The notes: generated by a model not told the origin, from the sequence alone. DNA of 64,000 nt from an uncultured Pseudomonadota bacterium (GCA_903921785.1 CAIXRH010000045.1:4366-68365), one strand, 5' to 3'. Positions 1 to 7,901 are shown, numbered from the stretch's first letter. Program-made: numbers and translations.

Positions 1-343
1 GCACCACCTCGTCGGGCGCGGACGTACCGGGAAGCTCCACGATCACGTTTTTCGCGAGCCAGCCATCTTCGTCGGTCTCCTCGACCTCGGCGGCGAGACC
101 GAGCTCGGCGTAAAGATCGACGAGGCGCTCGGTTCCGGCGAGGTGCCGGTGAGGGAGCCCCCACGGCTCCACGATCACGGGCTCTTCCGTGGCGTGCGCG
201 GCGACCATGATGCCGATGGAGGTGAGCAGTCGGTCGGAATCGACGCCCGCCGCCACGTCCACCGCTGCGCCGATGGCCTCATCGGTGAGCGGGGCCTCGG
301 GCGTGACACAAGCCAGGAACAGCACGAGCATCAGAAGACCCAT
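1..343 (-). CDS. M28-family metallopeptidase-like lipoprotein, N-terminal fragment (gene continues past the left window edge)
   Basis: Absent from the track because it runs off the edge. My reverse-complement translation from the ATG at 343-341 gives MGLLMLVLFLACVTPEAPLTDEAIGAAVD...HLAGTERLVDLYAELGLAAEVEETDEDGWLAKNVIVELPGTSAPDEVV with no stop down to position 1. It has an LFLAC lipobox. The NVIxELPGTxxPDEVV block is typical of M28 peptidases just before the metal-binding region. Confidence 0.6.
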   Translation of the reverse strand, partial: MGLLMLVLFLACVTPEAPLTDEAIGAAVDVAAGVDSDRLLTSIGIMVAAHATEEPVIVEPWGLPHRHLAGTERLVDLYAELGLAAEVEETDEDGWLAKNVIVELPGTSAPDEVV

Positions 344-852
344 CCCGCATCGAGGAGGCCCACCTCGATGCGCACGGCCCGGCCCCAGTTCGGCAGGCTG
401 GAGCCGAACGAGAGCGAGCCCGCCGCCACGCTGACCGGCCCGAGGCGGAAGCGCAGCGGGGTGACGATGAACGCCGCGTACACCACGTCCCGCGTGCCGT
501 TCTTCACAAACTCCTGGTAGAAGAAGCTCTCTTCGATTGCGGGCCAGTCCTGCTGCAGCGCCCCCGTGACCCCGAGCTCCAGCCCGGCCGCCGGCGCCCA
601 ACAACCCACGCGCGGCCCCCCCTGCGCGCGGAGGAAGCCCTCCCAGGCCGTCGTTTTGGCGACCGTGGTGCCGAACAGGCGCCGGGCGCCGAGGCCGATC
701 TCGAACCCTGGCGGCAGCCGCACGGCGCCCGCGATCTCGACGGCGCCTCGGTCGGAGTCGCCCACGCTCTCCATCCAGAGCTGCGCGCGGTACGCGGCGG
801 TCACGGCCACCTCGTGCGCGGGTGGTGGAGAGGGCGAGAGGCAGAACGGCAT
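331..852 (-). CDS. hypothetical beta-strand-rich protein (possible outer-membrane barrel or remnant)
   Basis: C-terminal 173 aa of track ORF 331..1020, taken from the ATG at 852 (next ATG at 774). It shows an alternating hydrophobic pattern and ends ...RIEVGLLDAGWVF with a C-terminal Phe, as in OM beta-barrels. I see no signal peptide after either Met, so both the start and the reality of the gene are uncertain. Its stop overlaps the start region of the M28 gene. Confidence 0.35.
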   Translation of the reverse strand: MPFCLSPSPPPAHEVAVTAAYRAQLWMESVGDSDRGAVEIAGAVRLPPGFEIGLGARRLFGTTVAKTTAWEGFLRAQGGPRVGCWAPAAGLELGVTGALQQDWPAIEESFFYQEFVKNGTRDVVYAAFIVTPLRFRLGPVSVAAGSLSFGSSLPNWGRAVRIEVGLLDAGWVF

Positions 853-871
853 CGCCCTCCCTGGTATCCCG

Positions 872-1312
872 ATGCCGGAATACGGTCGCCCGATGCCCCG
901 CCCCTCCGCCAACGCCCCCTGCCCCTGTGGCTCCGGCCGCAAGGCGAAGGGGTGCTGCCTGCCCGTGCTCGAAGGAGCCCCTGCGGCCACGCCCGAGGCG
1001 CTGATGCGCAGCCGATACACGGCCTATGCATCAGGCGAGGTATCCCACCTCATCCGCACCACGGACCCGACCGGCCCTCACCACCAACCCGACGTTCGCG
1101 CCTGGGCGGAGGAGCTCCGTGCCTACTGCGCCGCCGTGCGCTTCACCGGGCTCGAGGTCCGCGCCGCAAGCGAGGACGGGGACACGGGTGCGGTGACCTT
1201 CTTCGCCCATCTCCGCCACGGCGACCGCGACCTCTCGTTCGGCGAAGCGAGCCGCTTCCGGCGAGCGGAGGGGCGGTGGTTGTACCTCGACGGTGAGCGG
1301 CTCGAGGGCTGA
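872..1312 (+). CDS. ychJ: YchJ/UPF0225-family SEC-C motif protein
   Basis: C-terminal part of track ORF 566..1312, from the ATG at 872 (alternative ATG at 893). It has the SEC-C metal-binding motif CPCGSGRKAKGCC followed by a YchJ-like body (EALMRSRYTAYASGEVSHLIRTT...GRWLYLDGE). The upstream 100 aa of that ORF are Pro/Arg/Ala-rich junk. Confidence 0.8.
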   Translation: MPEYGRPMPRPSANAPCPCGSGRKAKGCCLPVLEGAPAATPEALMRSRYTAYASGEVSHLIRTTDPTGPHHQPDVRAWAEELRAYCAAVRFTGLEVRAASEDGDTGAVTFFAHLRHGDRDLSFGEASRFRRAEGRWLYLDGERLEG

Positions 1313-2188
1313 CTACAGCCCCCGCGCCCACTCCGGCCGCAGCCGCACCTCGCCCGCGAGCGCCCCATCGAGCGCGTGGAGCATCCGCTCCCGGTCGCGC
1401 GGGAGGTCTCCAGCGAGGGGGAGGTAGTTGCTCGCGTGGTTCGTTCGGAACACCGCGTTGGTGGGCGAGGCGACGGCGAGGAAGTCGCGCAGCTCGACGA
1501 GGAGCCCCCGGACGTCCGGCAGCGTGAACCGCCCGCGATCCTGCAAGCGTGCGAGCGGGGTTCCGGGCACGACGGTGAGGGTGAGCGCGGAGAGGTAGGC
1601 CGGGTCCATCGCCGTGGCCAGCGCGCCCGACGCGGCGGCGTGCTCCGCCGAGCGCTCCACTCCGCCGGCCCCGAGGAGGAAGATGACGCTGAGCTCGATT
1701 CCCGCCGCTCGCGCTTTCGCCGCGGCCGCCGCGTGCTCCGCGAACGTGGCGCCCTTGGCGATGCGCCGGAGGGTCACGTCGTCTCCGGACTCCGGCCCGA
1801 TGTAGAGCCGGGTGAGGCCAGCGACGCGGAGCTCGGTGAGCGCCTCCGCCGACTTCTCCAGCAGGTTCCGCGCGGTGGCGTACGCGCTCACGCGGCGCAG
1901 GTTGGGGAAGTGCCGTTGAGCATCCCCCAGGATCACCCGCCAATGGTCCATCGGGAGCACGAGCGCGTCACCGTCCGCCACGAAGAGCTTCTCGACCCTC
2001 GACCCGAAGCGGCTCGCCGCCATCGCGAGGTCCTCACGGGTCTCCGCGACCGGGCGGGGCCGATACACCCGCTTGTCCTGATACATGTCGCAGTAGGTGC
2101 AGTGATTCCAGGAACAGCCGATCGAAGCCTGGAGAATGTATGCGTCGGCCTCGGAGGGGGGTCGATACAGTTTGCCGATGTATCGCAT
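1313..2188 (-). CDS. radical SAM domain protein
   Basis: Track ORF of 291 aa. It has the CxxxCxxC cluster motif near the N-terminus (IGCSWNHCTYCDMY), then GDALVLP, LYIGPESGDD and IFLLGAGG blocks. Its ATG shares 1 nt with the TGA of the upstream hydrolase gene. Confidence 0.85.
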   Translation of the reverse strand: MRYIGKLYRPPSEADAYILQASIGCSWNHCTYCDMYQDKRVYRPRPVAETREDLAMAASRFGSRVEKLFVADGDALVLPMDHWRVILGDAQRHFPNLRRVSAYATARNLLEKSAEALTELRVAGLTRLYIGPESGDDVTLRRIAKGATFAEHAAAAAKARAAGIELSVIFLLGAGGVERSAEHAAASGALATAMDPAYLSALTLTVVPGTPLARLQDRGRFTLPDVRGLLVELRDFLAVASPTNAVFRTNHASNYLPLAGDLPRDRERMLHALDGALAGEVRLRPEWARGL

Positions 2189-2682
2189 CAGGCCACGACC
2201 GGGGCGAGGCCGAAGCCCGCGAGCGCCCGCAGCAAGCTGCCGTCCTCGAGGATCTGGTTCAACCGGTGGTCGCCGCCAGGCAATACATGGAGCGATACCC
2301 CCGGCCCGGCGTCCGCGACCAGACGCCGCGAATCACCGACCGGGATCAGGTCGTCCGCCTCGCCGTGGAACACCACGACGCGCGAGCCGAAGGGGAGCGA
2401 GACATCGTCCCCGAGCCGCGCCTGCGCCGGGGCGATGAGCACCGTCGGGCCGGACCACGCGCCGTCGTGGAGGAGCCGGACGGCGATCGCGCCGCCGAAC
2501 GACGATGCGACGACGACCTTCGGTTGGACCTCCGCCAGCGCCGCGCGCGCCCCGTCGAGGGCGGCGGCGAAGGTGCGGGTGTCGAGCTGCGGGGTGACTG
2601 CCCCGAAGCGGGCCGCGAGCCACCGTGCCTTGGTGCCGAGCGGGCCGCTCTCCAGGCCGTGGAGGAAGAGGATCGGGGCCAT
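2188..2682 (-). CDS. YqiA/UPF0227-like alpha/beta hydrolase (esterase)
   Basis: Track ORF 2188..2823 trimmed to the ATG at 2682. The protein reads MAPILFLHGLESGP..., with the nucleophile elbow VVASSFGG, an acid in HGEADDLIP and a His in GGDHRLN. It is about 164 aa, the usual size for YqiA-type esterases. Confidence 0.7.
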   Translation of the reverse strand: MAPILFLHGLESGPLGTKARWLAARFGAVTPQLDTRTFAAALDGARAALAEVQPKVVVASSFGGAIAVRLLHDGAWSGPTVLIAPAQARLGDDVSLPFGSRVVVFHGEADDLIPVGDSRRLVADAGPGVSLHVLPGGDHRLNQILEDGSLLRALAGFGLAPVVA

Positions 2683-2758
2683 GTTCCGAAGAGGTACACC
2701 GGCAGACCGGCCGCGTCCACGGGCGCCACGCTCCGCCCCGGTTAGGGCGACCCGGTCG

Positions 2759-5215
2759 ATGATCGTCGCCCCCCCTGAGCTCCGGCGTTGGATCGTGCTC
2801 TCGGTGGCCGCGGCGGCAGCCATGTCCGTCGGGTGCGCCCAGTACAGGGCCTACCCCCTGCTCGCGCTGGAGTCGCCCGTTCGTGGGGATCCGCTCGAGC
2901 TCAGCGGCGTCGCCCGCCTCGACGACGGGCGGATCGTGGCGGTGGCCGAAGGCGTCGCCAAGGCGCTCTATGCGCCCGATCCCGATCAGCCGCTGCGGCC
3001 TGGAGGGCTCCTTGATCTCCTCCCGTTGCAGGACGGCCGGGAAGACTGTGTCGGCACCCGCCGCGCCACGCTCCGCTGCGCCCTCCGCCACTTCCGCGCC
3101 GAGGTGAAGCTCCAGGCGCAGCCGGTGGTGTGGCTGGACCGCGAACGCAGCCGGGACGCCGCCTTCGACGTCGAGGACCTCGCGCCGTTCGGGCCCGATC
3201 GGGTGCTGGGGGTCACCAAGTACTCCTCGATCGGGCGCCGCACCGGCTTCCGCAAGGAGCGGATGGCGCGATCCCGCCGCGAGACGGAGCGGCTGTTCGC
3301 GCTCCAGCGCGAGGGCACCCGGTGGGTCGAGCTCGACCTCCCAGAGGTCTCCCGGCTGCGCGACTCCTTGAGCGACTGGGGGCGCGCCAACTGCAACGAC
3401 GATCTCCTCGTGGAAGGCCTGGCGTGGCGGCCCGAGATCGGCGAGGTCGACGTGGGGCTGAGCCGCTGCAACGGCCCGGTGCTCCGGGTGCTCCGATACC
3501 CGCTCGACGACGCCCGAAAGGGGCTCTCGGCCACGCTCTCCGTGCTCGCCGATGGCACGGGAGACACTCCGACCGGCGTCGCGGAGTCGCTCTCAGGGCT
3601 GAGCGCTGCCAACGGGCAGCTCTACGCCACCTCTGCGTGGGACAGCTACGGTTACGACACGGAGCCGGCGTTCGGGGGGCGGCTCTGGCACGTCGAAGGC
3701 AGCCGACTCGCCCCGTTGGAGCTGGTCGAGACCTTCAAGGATCGCCCTTCGGCGCTGGCCGTCCTTCCCAGCTCGAACGCTGAGGATGGCGATGTCCAGG
3801 CCCTGGTTTTGTTCGACAACGACGCCGACGCCGGCTCGGCCTGGCGACCGAACGCGACCGTGCTCGTTTCCCCGACGGCCGCGCCGCGTGGCGGTGCGTG
3901 GATGGAGTTGGAGTCGGTCGAGCGGATGCCCACCGCCCTCCCGCTCGGCTTGAACGGCTTCGACCTCCGCTGGTTCGCCCGCGATCATCGCCTCAGCCAG
4001 ATCGCGTTCGGGCTCGCGGAGAATCAGGCCGGAGAGGCCGGCGCGTGGAGCCGCGCGATCGGCGGGCGCTGGCAGGTCGAGGTCGGTGGCTCGCTCGGCA
4101 TGTGGGGGCGTGCCCTGCTCCCCCGGAGCGCCATGGGCCGCAACCGACAGGCCGTCGCGCTCACGGACTACCGGTCCGTGCCAGGGCTCACGTTCACCCG
4201 ATACCGGGTGAAGCTCTCGGTGATCCCTCGCGATCGGGAGCGGGAGAACCCCTCCGTGGCCGAGCTGATGGAGGCGCTGCACGACGCCTACACGGTGGCC
4301 GTCCCCATCGACACCACCACGCCGGGCGCCGGCGTGATGCTCCAGGGCTTCTCGATCGACACCTCCAGCCGGGCCGAGGAGGGCATCTGCCTCGCCGGCC
4401 TCGACGTGAGCGCCAGCCTCACGGCCCCCGACGCCCTCTCCGTGCGCAGCACGATGATCGGCGGCATCTGCAACGACTTCGACAACCGCGGCCCCACCCT
4501 CCGCCACGGCCGCACCACCCGGCCGGACGGCGGCGTCTCGGTGATCCTGGATCTCGCGGTGGTCGAGGGCGACCACGCCGCCGAGGGGAGCGCCGCCGTT
4601 TGGGACCGCGCGCTCCCGGCCCCTGGCGTAGACCCGGCCGCCGACCGCGCCGCGGCTGCGCTCCGCGCCACCTCCGATCGCGAGGCCCGTGCCAGCCTTC
4701 ATTGCGCCTTCGCCGCCAACGATGGCACCGTGCGTCCCCTCCCCCGCCAGCCCCAGGCGCCGCCGCCCGACTGGCAGGTGCTCGGTCAGGCCACGTCGGG
4801 CACCCTGGCGGGGGTGGCCGGCAGCCTGCGGGGCTTCGCGCTCGCCTGGGACCCCGTCGGCTTCGATCCCGGCCTGGCCCGCCCCCACCTCACGGAGGCC
4901 GAGGCGCTCGCCCGAAACAACTACGTGTTTCGCTACCTGACCCGGGTGTTCGTGCGACCGGAGGGGACCTTCCTTGAGGCTGGGATCACCCATGGAATCC
5001 ACAAGTCTGGTCTCATGCGGGACAACGCCCGGCCAAGCGCGCTCTACACTCGGGTAGACCTCACGAGCTTCGGCGCGCTCCCGGCCGCGCCCGCCGCCTG
5101 GGACCTCGTGGCCCCCCCGGGAACGGACGACCCGAACCTGCTCCCCGAAGACGGCTTCGTCCGGTGGGCCACCCCCTTCCCGCTCGGAGTGCCGTCGTGC
5201 TCGCCGGGCTACTGA
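2759..5215 (+). CDS. large hypothetical lipoprotein (818 aa)
   Basis: Only the last 818 codons of the 1279-aa track ORF 1376..5215 look like protein. The ATG at 2759 gives MIVAPPELRRWIVLSVAAAAAMSVGCAQY, a signal peptide plus lipobox. Composition is balanced afterwards. I recognise no family. Confidence 0.75.
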   Translation: MIVAPPELRRWIVLSVAAAAAMSVGCAQYRAYPLLALESPVRGDPLELSGVARLDDGRIVAVAEGVAKALYAPDPDQPLRPGGLLDLLPLQDGREDCVGTRRATLRCALRHFRAEVKLQAQPVVWLDRERSRDAAFDVEDLAPFGPDRVLGVTKYSSIGRRTGFRKERMARSRRETERLFALQREGTRWVELDLPEVSRLRDSLSDWGRANCNDDLLVEGLAWRPEIGEVDVGLSRCNGPVLRVLRYPLDDARKGLSATLSVLADGTGDTPTGVAESLSGLSAANGQLYATSAWDSYGYDTEPAFGGRLWHVEGSRLAPLELVETFKDRPSALAVLPSSNAEDGDVQALVLFDNDADAGSAWRPNATVLVSPTAAPRGGAWMELESVERMPTALPLGLNGFDLRWFARDHRLSQIAFGLAENQAGEAGAWSRAIGGRWQVEVGGSLGMWGRALLPRSAMGRNRQAVALTDYRSVPGLTFTRYRVKLSVIPRDRERENPSVAELMEALHDAYTVAVPIDTTTPGAGVMLQGFSIDTSSRAEEGICLAGLDVSASLTAPDALSVRSTMIGGICNDFDNRGPTLRHGRTTRPDGGVSVILDLAVVEGDHAAEGSAAVWDRALPAPGVDPAADRAAAALRATSDREARASLHCAFAANDGTVRPLPRQPQAPPPDWQVLGQATSGTLAGVAGSLRGFALAWDPVGFDPGLARPHLTEAEALARNNYVFRYLTRVFVRPEGTFLEAGITHGIHKSGLMRDNARPSALYTRVDLTSFGALPAAPAAWDLVAPPGTDDPNLLPEDGFVRWATPFPLGVPSCSPGY

Positions 5216-6366
5216 TCGGCGCCGCGTTCGCCGCGGACCCCACCGGGGCACGGCCCGGCGCCGGGGCGCCCGAGCTCGTGTGGACGCCGGTCTTCGAGCT
5301 TCGCGCCGGCCTGGACGGCACGGGGACGGATGGCGTGAGCACCGACTTCGGCTGGTCCACGCGCACCCGCATCGGGCTGCAGCTCGATCGGAAGGTGCTC
5401 ACCGCGCGCGCCTCCGTGGCCGCGGGGCTCGGCGGCCCCGCGCTCCCCGACGTCGACGCCACATCCGCGAGGACCTACCTCACCTTGGGCGAGGCCTGGG
5501 CCCGGTACTCGCTCCCGTTGAGCAGCGCCATGGGCCTCGATGCGACGGTGGGGCGGCAGCTCGTGGACGTCGATGACGGCGTCCTGCTCGGCGACGATGA
5601 CCATCGGCTCCTCGCCCGGCTCCCGGTCGCGCTCCGCGTCCACGTGCGCGCCGCGCCATGGGATGTCGACTGGTTCAGCGGGCTCTACCCGGACTTCCCC
5701 GGCGCGCCGACCTCAACGGCGACGGGCTACGCCTTCCACGCGCTCCGGGTCGGGGCGGGTCGGGAGAACCCAGCCTGGACCTGGCATCTGTCGGGCCTCG
5801 GCTTGCTCACGGACTCCACCGGGGTGGACCCCCTGCGCGCCGAGCCGCTGCGGGCGACGGTGGGCCTCCGCGGCGACACCGACCTCGACCGCGTGCGCCT
5901 GCGCGCCGACGCGTGGACGCAGCCCGGCACCGACGGGCTGGCGTGGATGGCCGGTGGCCAGGGCGGCTACGCGCTGGGCGACGATGCCCGCGTGGAGCTC
6001 GCGCTCCGGTTCGATGTGCTCTCCGGCGGCGAGGATCCCCAGTTTCACCGCCCGCTCGCCGACACCCAATCGCGCTTCGGGTGGCTGGGCTGGTTCGACG
6101 AGGGGGCAGCGCCGACCGCCGATGGAGTGACCGACGTCGCCCTGGTCTGCGACGCGGTGATCGCCCCTCAGCTGCGCTTCTCCGCCGCTGCCCACCACTT
6201 CTGGCTCGGCGGAGGCGTCCCCTACGCCCCGGAGCTCGACGGGGATCTGCGTTGGTATTGGAGTCCGCTCGCGGCGCTCCATCTCCGCGGCGCGGCGATG
6301 CGGGGTTGGGCAGGGACCGACGGCTGGGCTATCGACACCGAGGCCTCTGTCGATGTCCACTTTTGA
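5164..6366 (+). CDS. putative outer-membrane beta-barrel protein
   Basis: Track ORF with a GTG start at 5164 (alternative GTG at 5197). It has a signal-like VVLAGLLIGAAFAADP and a Gly/Asp/Trp-rich amphipathic strand pattern, and ends ...EASVDVHF. It overlaps the end of the upstream lipoprotein gene (52 nt, or 19 nt with the alternative start). Confidence 0.7.
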   Translation: MGHPLPARSAVVLAGLLIGAAFAADPTGARPGAGAPELVWTPVFELRAGLDGTGTDGVSTDFGWSTRTRIGLQLDRKVLTARASVAAGLGGPALPDVDATSARTYLTLGEAWARYSLPLSSAMGLDATVGRQLVDVDDGVLLGDDDHRLLARLPVALRVHVRAAPWDVDWFSGLYPDFPGAPTSTATGYAFHALRVGAGRENPAWTWHLSGLGLLTDSTGVDPLRAEPLRATVGLRGDTDLDRVRLRADAWTQPGTDGLAWMAGGQGGYALGDDARVELALRFDVLSGGEDPQFHRPLADTQSRFGWLGWFDEGAAPTADGVTDVALVCDAVIAPQLRFSAAAHHFWLGGGVPYAPELDGDLRWYWSPLAALHLRGAAMRGWAGTDGWAIDTEASVDVHF

Positions 6367-7276
6367 CGATGACGCGGATCCCGACCACCTCGCGCCCGAG
6401 CGGCGGCGCCGAGGGTCACGCCGCGCCGCCCCCGTCCATGTAGACGGCGAGTGGGTGGAGATCGTGGAGATGGTCGGCCGGCGCGTGCGGATCCGTCGTG
6501 ATGACGGCCGCGAGGAGATCCTCCCCACGCGCGGCGCCCATGTGGTCGTGGCGGACCGGGCCCGGCTGGTAGAAGGTGTCGTGGTCGAGACCGCGCCGCG
6601 CCGCACCACCCTGGAACGGACGGTGGAGACAGCCGGCACGCGCCTGGTGGTGAGCAACGCCGATCGGCTGGCGATCGTCACCGCGGCCATCGACCCGCCG
6701 TTCCGTCCCGGCCTCGTGGACCGGATGATCGTGGCCGCTCAGCATGGCGGGCTGGAGTGCATGCTGGTGCTCAACAAGTGCGACCAGGGCATGCCGGAGG
6801 AGGTGCTCGAGTGGATCGCCCGCTACGAGGCGCTGGGGCTGGAGATCGCGCTGGTTTCGGCGACCGAGGAGCGCGGGCTGGCGCCGCTCCGAGAGGCGCT
6901 CAAGGGGCGCACGACGGTGCTCCTCGGCCATAGCGGCGTCGGGAAAAGTACGCTCATCCGGGCGCTGGTGCCCGGTGCGGAGCCGCTCATCGGCGAGCTC
7001 GACGCGTGGGGGCGCGGCCGCCACACCACCACCGCCGCGCGCCTATGGGATCTACCGGATGGCGGACGGATCATCGACGTGCCCGGGATCCGCGAATTCG
7101 GGGTCGGGCACGTGCCCCGTGAGGAGCTCCGGCACCACTTCCCGGAGCTCCTTGGGCTGGAATGCCGGTACCGCGACTGCCTCCACCTCGGCGATGACGG
7201 ATGTGTCGCCGACGCGGCGGTGAGCTGGGTGGAGCGGCTGGCGAGTTACCGAAAACTGGTGGAAGAGTGCGTCTGA
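6353..7276 (+). CDS. rsgA: ribosome small-subunit-dependent GTPase A
   Basis: Shows the circularly permuted GTPase motif order of RsgA/YjeQ: LVLNKCD (G4), then GHSGVGKSTLIRAL (G1), DxPG (IIDVPGIREF), and a C-terminal zinc knuckle CRYRDCLHLGDDGC. Confidence 0.9.
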   Translation: MSTFDDDADPDHLAPERRRRGSRRAAPVHVDGEWVEIVEMVGRRVRIRRDDGREEILPTRGAHVVVADRARLVEGVVVETAPRRTTLERTVETAGTRLVVSNADRLAIVTAAIDPPFRPGLVDRMIVAAQHGGLECMLVLNKCDQGMPEEVLEWIARYEALGLEIALVSATEERGLAPLREALKGRTTVLLGHSGVGKSTLIRALVPGAEPLIGELDAWGRGRHTTTAARLWDLPDGGRIIDVPGIREFGVGHVPREELRHHFPELLGLECRYRDCLHLGDDGCVADAAVSWVERLASYRKLVEECV

Positions 7277-7289
7277 ACCTGGAGCAATC

Positions 7290-7526
7290 ATGAAAAAAGT
7301 CGAGATCACCTACTGCACGAGTTGAGGGTACCTCCCTCGGGCCATCCGGGCGATGGGCACCCTGAGGGAGGAGCTGGACGTTGAAGCGACGCTGATCCCC
7401 GGGCACGGCGGGATCTTCACGGTGGCCGTCGACGGGGCCGTGGTGGCCCGCAAGACCTGGGATGGCTTCCCCGACACCGAGGAGATCGTCCGGGCGGTGG
7501 CCAAGGCGCTCGGTCCCGGGTTCTGA
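7290..7526 (+). CDS. selW: SelW/Rdx-family selenoprotein (78 aa) with in-frame TGA = Sec at 7323-7325
   Basis: Hand translation: GGAG at 7281-7284, ATG at 7290, then MKKVEITYCTS-U-GYLPRAIRAMGTLREELDVEATLIPGHGGIFTVAVDGAVVARKTWDGFPDTEEIVRAVAKALGPGF, stop at 7524-7526. This is the Rdx-fold signature: a beta1 strand ending in CxxU, then xxxRA, and GxFEV/TVxVDG...FP..EEI. The track has no plus-strand ORF here because of the TGA. Confidence 0.8.
7334..7368 (+). promoter_or_regulatory. candidate bacterial SECIS hairpin
   Basis: CCCTCGGGCCATC (7334-7346) pairs imperfectly with GATGGGCACCCTGAGGG (7352-7368) around the loop CGGGC (7347-7351). The stem starts 9 nt after the UGA and the G-containing apical loop lies about 24-28 nt downstream. 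That is within the usual bacterial SECIS geometry. Confidence 0.5.
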
Positions 7527-7527
7527 T

Positions 7528-7844
7528 ACGGTCCGTCCCTGATGAGGATCGTTCCCACCCACCGGAGCGAGTCCGTGCAGCAAGCAACAGCGGGCTTCCC
7601 GGCGTCACGCCAAAACCTTGTGCTTGTTCGCCGACGGTTCAGGGTGAGGTGACGGGCCCGGGAGTGGGCCATGCGGGTGACGTCACGGGCGAACCGGCCG
7701 AGCGCAGCGACGGCCGGGCGCCCGTGGCGGCAGGACCCAGCGCCAACCCTCACGTCCGCCGAGGCTACCGTTGCACATCTCGCGATGCCGGGAACCCCGC
7801 CCCCCGGCGCAGCGTCCTCGCCGGACGAGCCGTGATCACGGCCG
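7528..7844 (+). repeat. repeat family A, copy 1 (full length, about 317 nt)
   Basis: 7564-7844 aligns to the reverse complement of 44401-44684, and 7528-7704 aligns to 58561-58746. It contains the palindrome GTGACGTCAC (7677-7686) and long-range complementary arms at 7590-7609 and 7781-7800. It is intergenic, between selW and folE2. Confidence 0.85.
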
Positions 7845-7860
7845 ATGGGAATCAGTCACG

Positions 7861-7877
7861 AACATCTTGACGATGTT
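7861..7877. promoter_or_regulatory. inverted repeat AACATC-N5-GATGTT upstream of folE2 (candidate operator)
   Basis: A perfect 6-bp inverted repeat with a 5-bp spacer (TTGAC) lies in a locally AT-richer patch, flanked by direct GTCACG words. It ends 25 nt before the folE2 ATG. Confidence 0.25.
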
Positions 7878-7901
7878 GTCACGGGTCCTTAGCTCCCCGG
7901 C

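Noticed and set aside
1376-2758. N-terminal 461 codons of the 1279-aa track ORF 1376..5215
   Set aside because: The translation is Arg/Gly/Glu/Pro-rich junk and runs antisense to two well-supported minus-strand genes (radical SAM and YqiA-like hydrolase). A proper signal peptide with lipobox starts at 2759, so only 2759..5215 is accepted.
7528-7844. Repeat A as a known riboswitch or ribozyme (cobalamin, ZTP/pfl, FMN, hammerhead)
   Set aside because: Fragments resemble known cores. On the reverse strand GCCACTG/GCAACGG and GCTGGGTCCTGCC recall the B12 box region. GGGTGACGTCACGGGCGAAC recalls the ZTP 5' domain. CCCTGATGAG/CCCTGATGAA in copies 1 and 3 recalls the hammerhead CUGAUGA. In each case the other obligatory elements are missing: the GGGAA..GGTG..CC hairpin for B12, CCGCCTGGGC for ZTP, and the GAAA plus stem II/III geometry for hammerhead. 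The flanking genes are not the expected regulons, and one copy is not upstream of any gene.
7649-7870. Small ORFs inside repeat A (7649..7870 +, 7310..7753 -, 44408..44812 +, start of 58712..60160 +)
   Set aside because: They exist only because the repeat lacks stops. Differences between copies are mostly non-synonymous and not phased to codons, and the composition is Arg/Pro/Gly/Ala junk.
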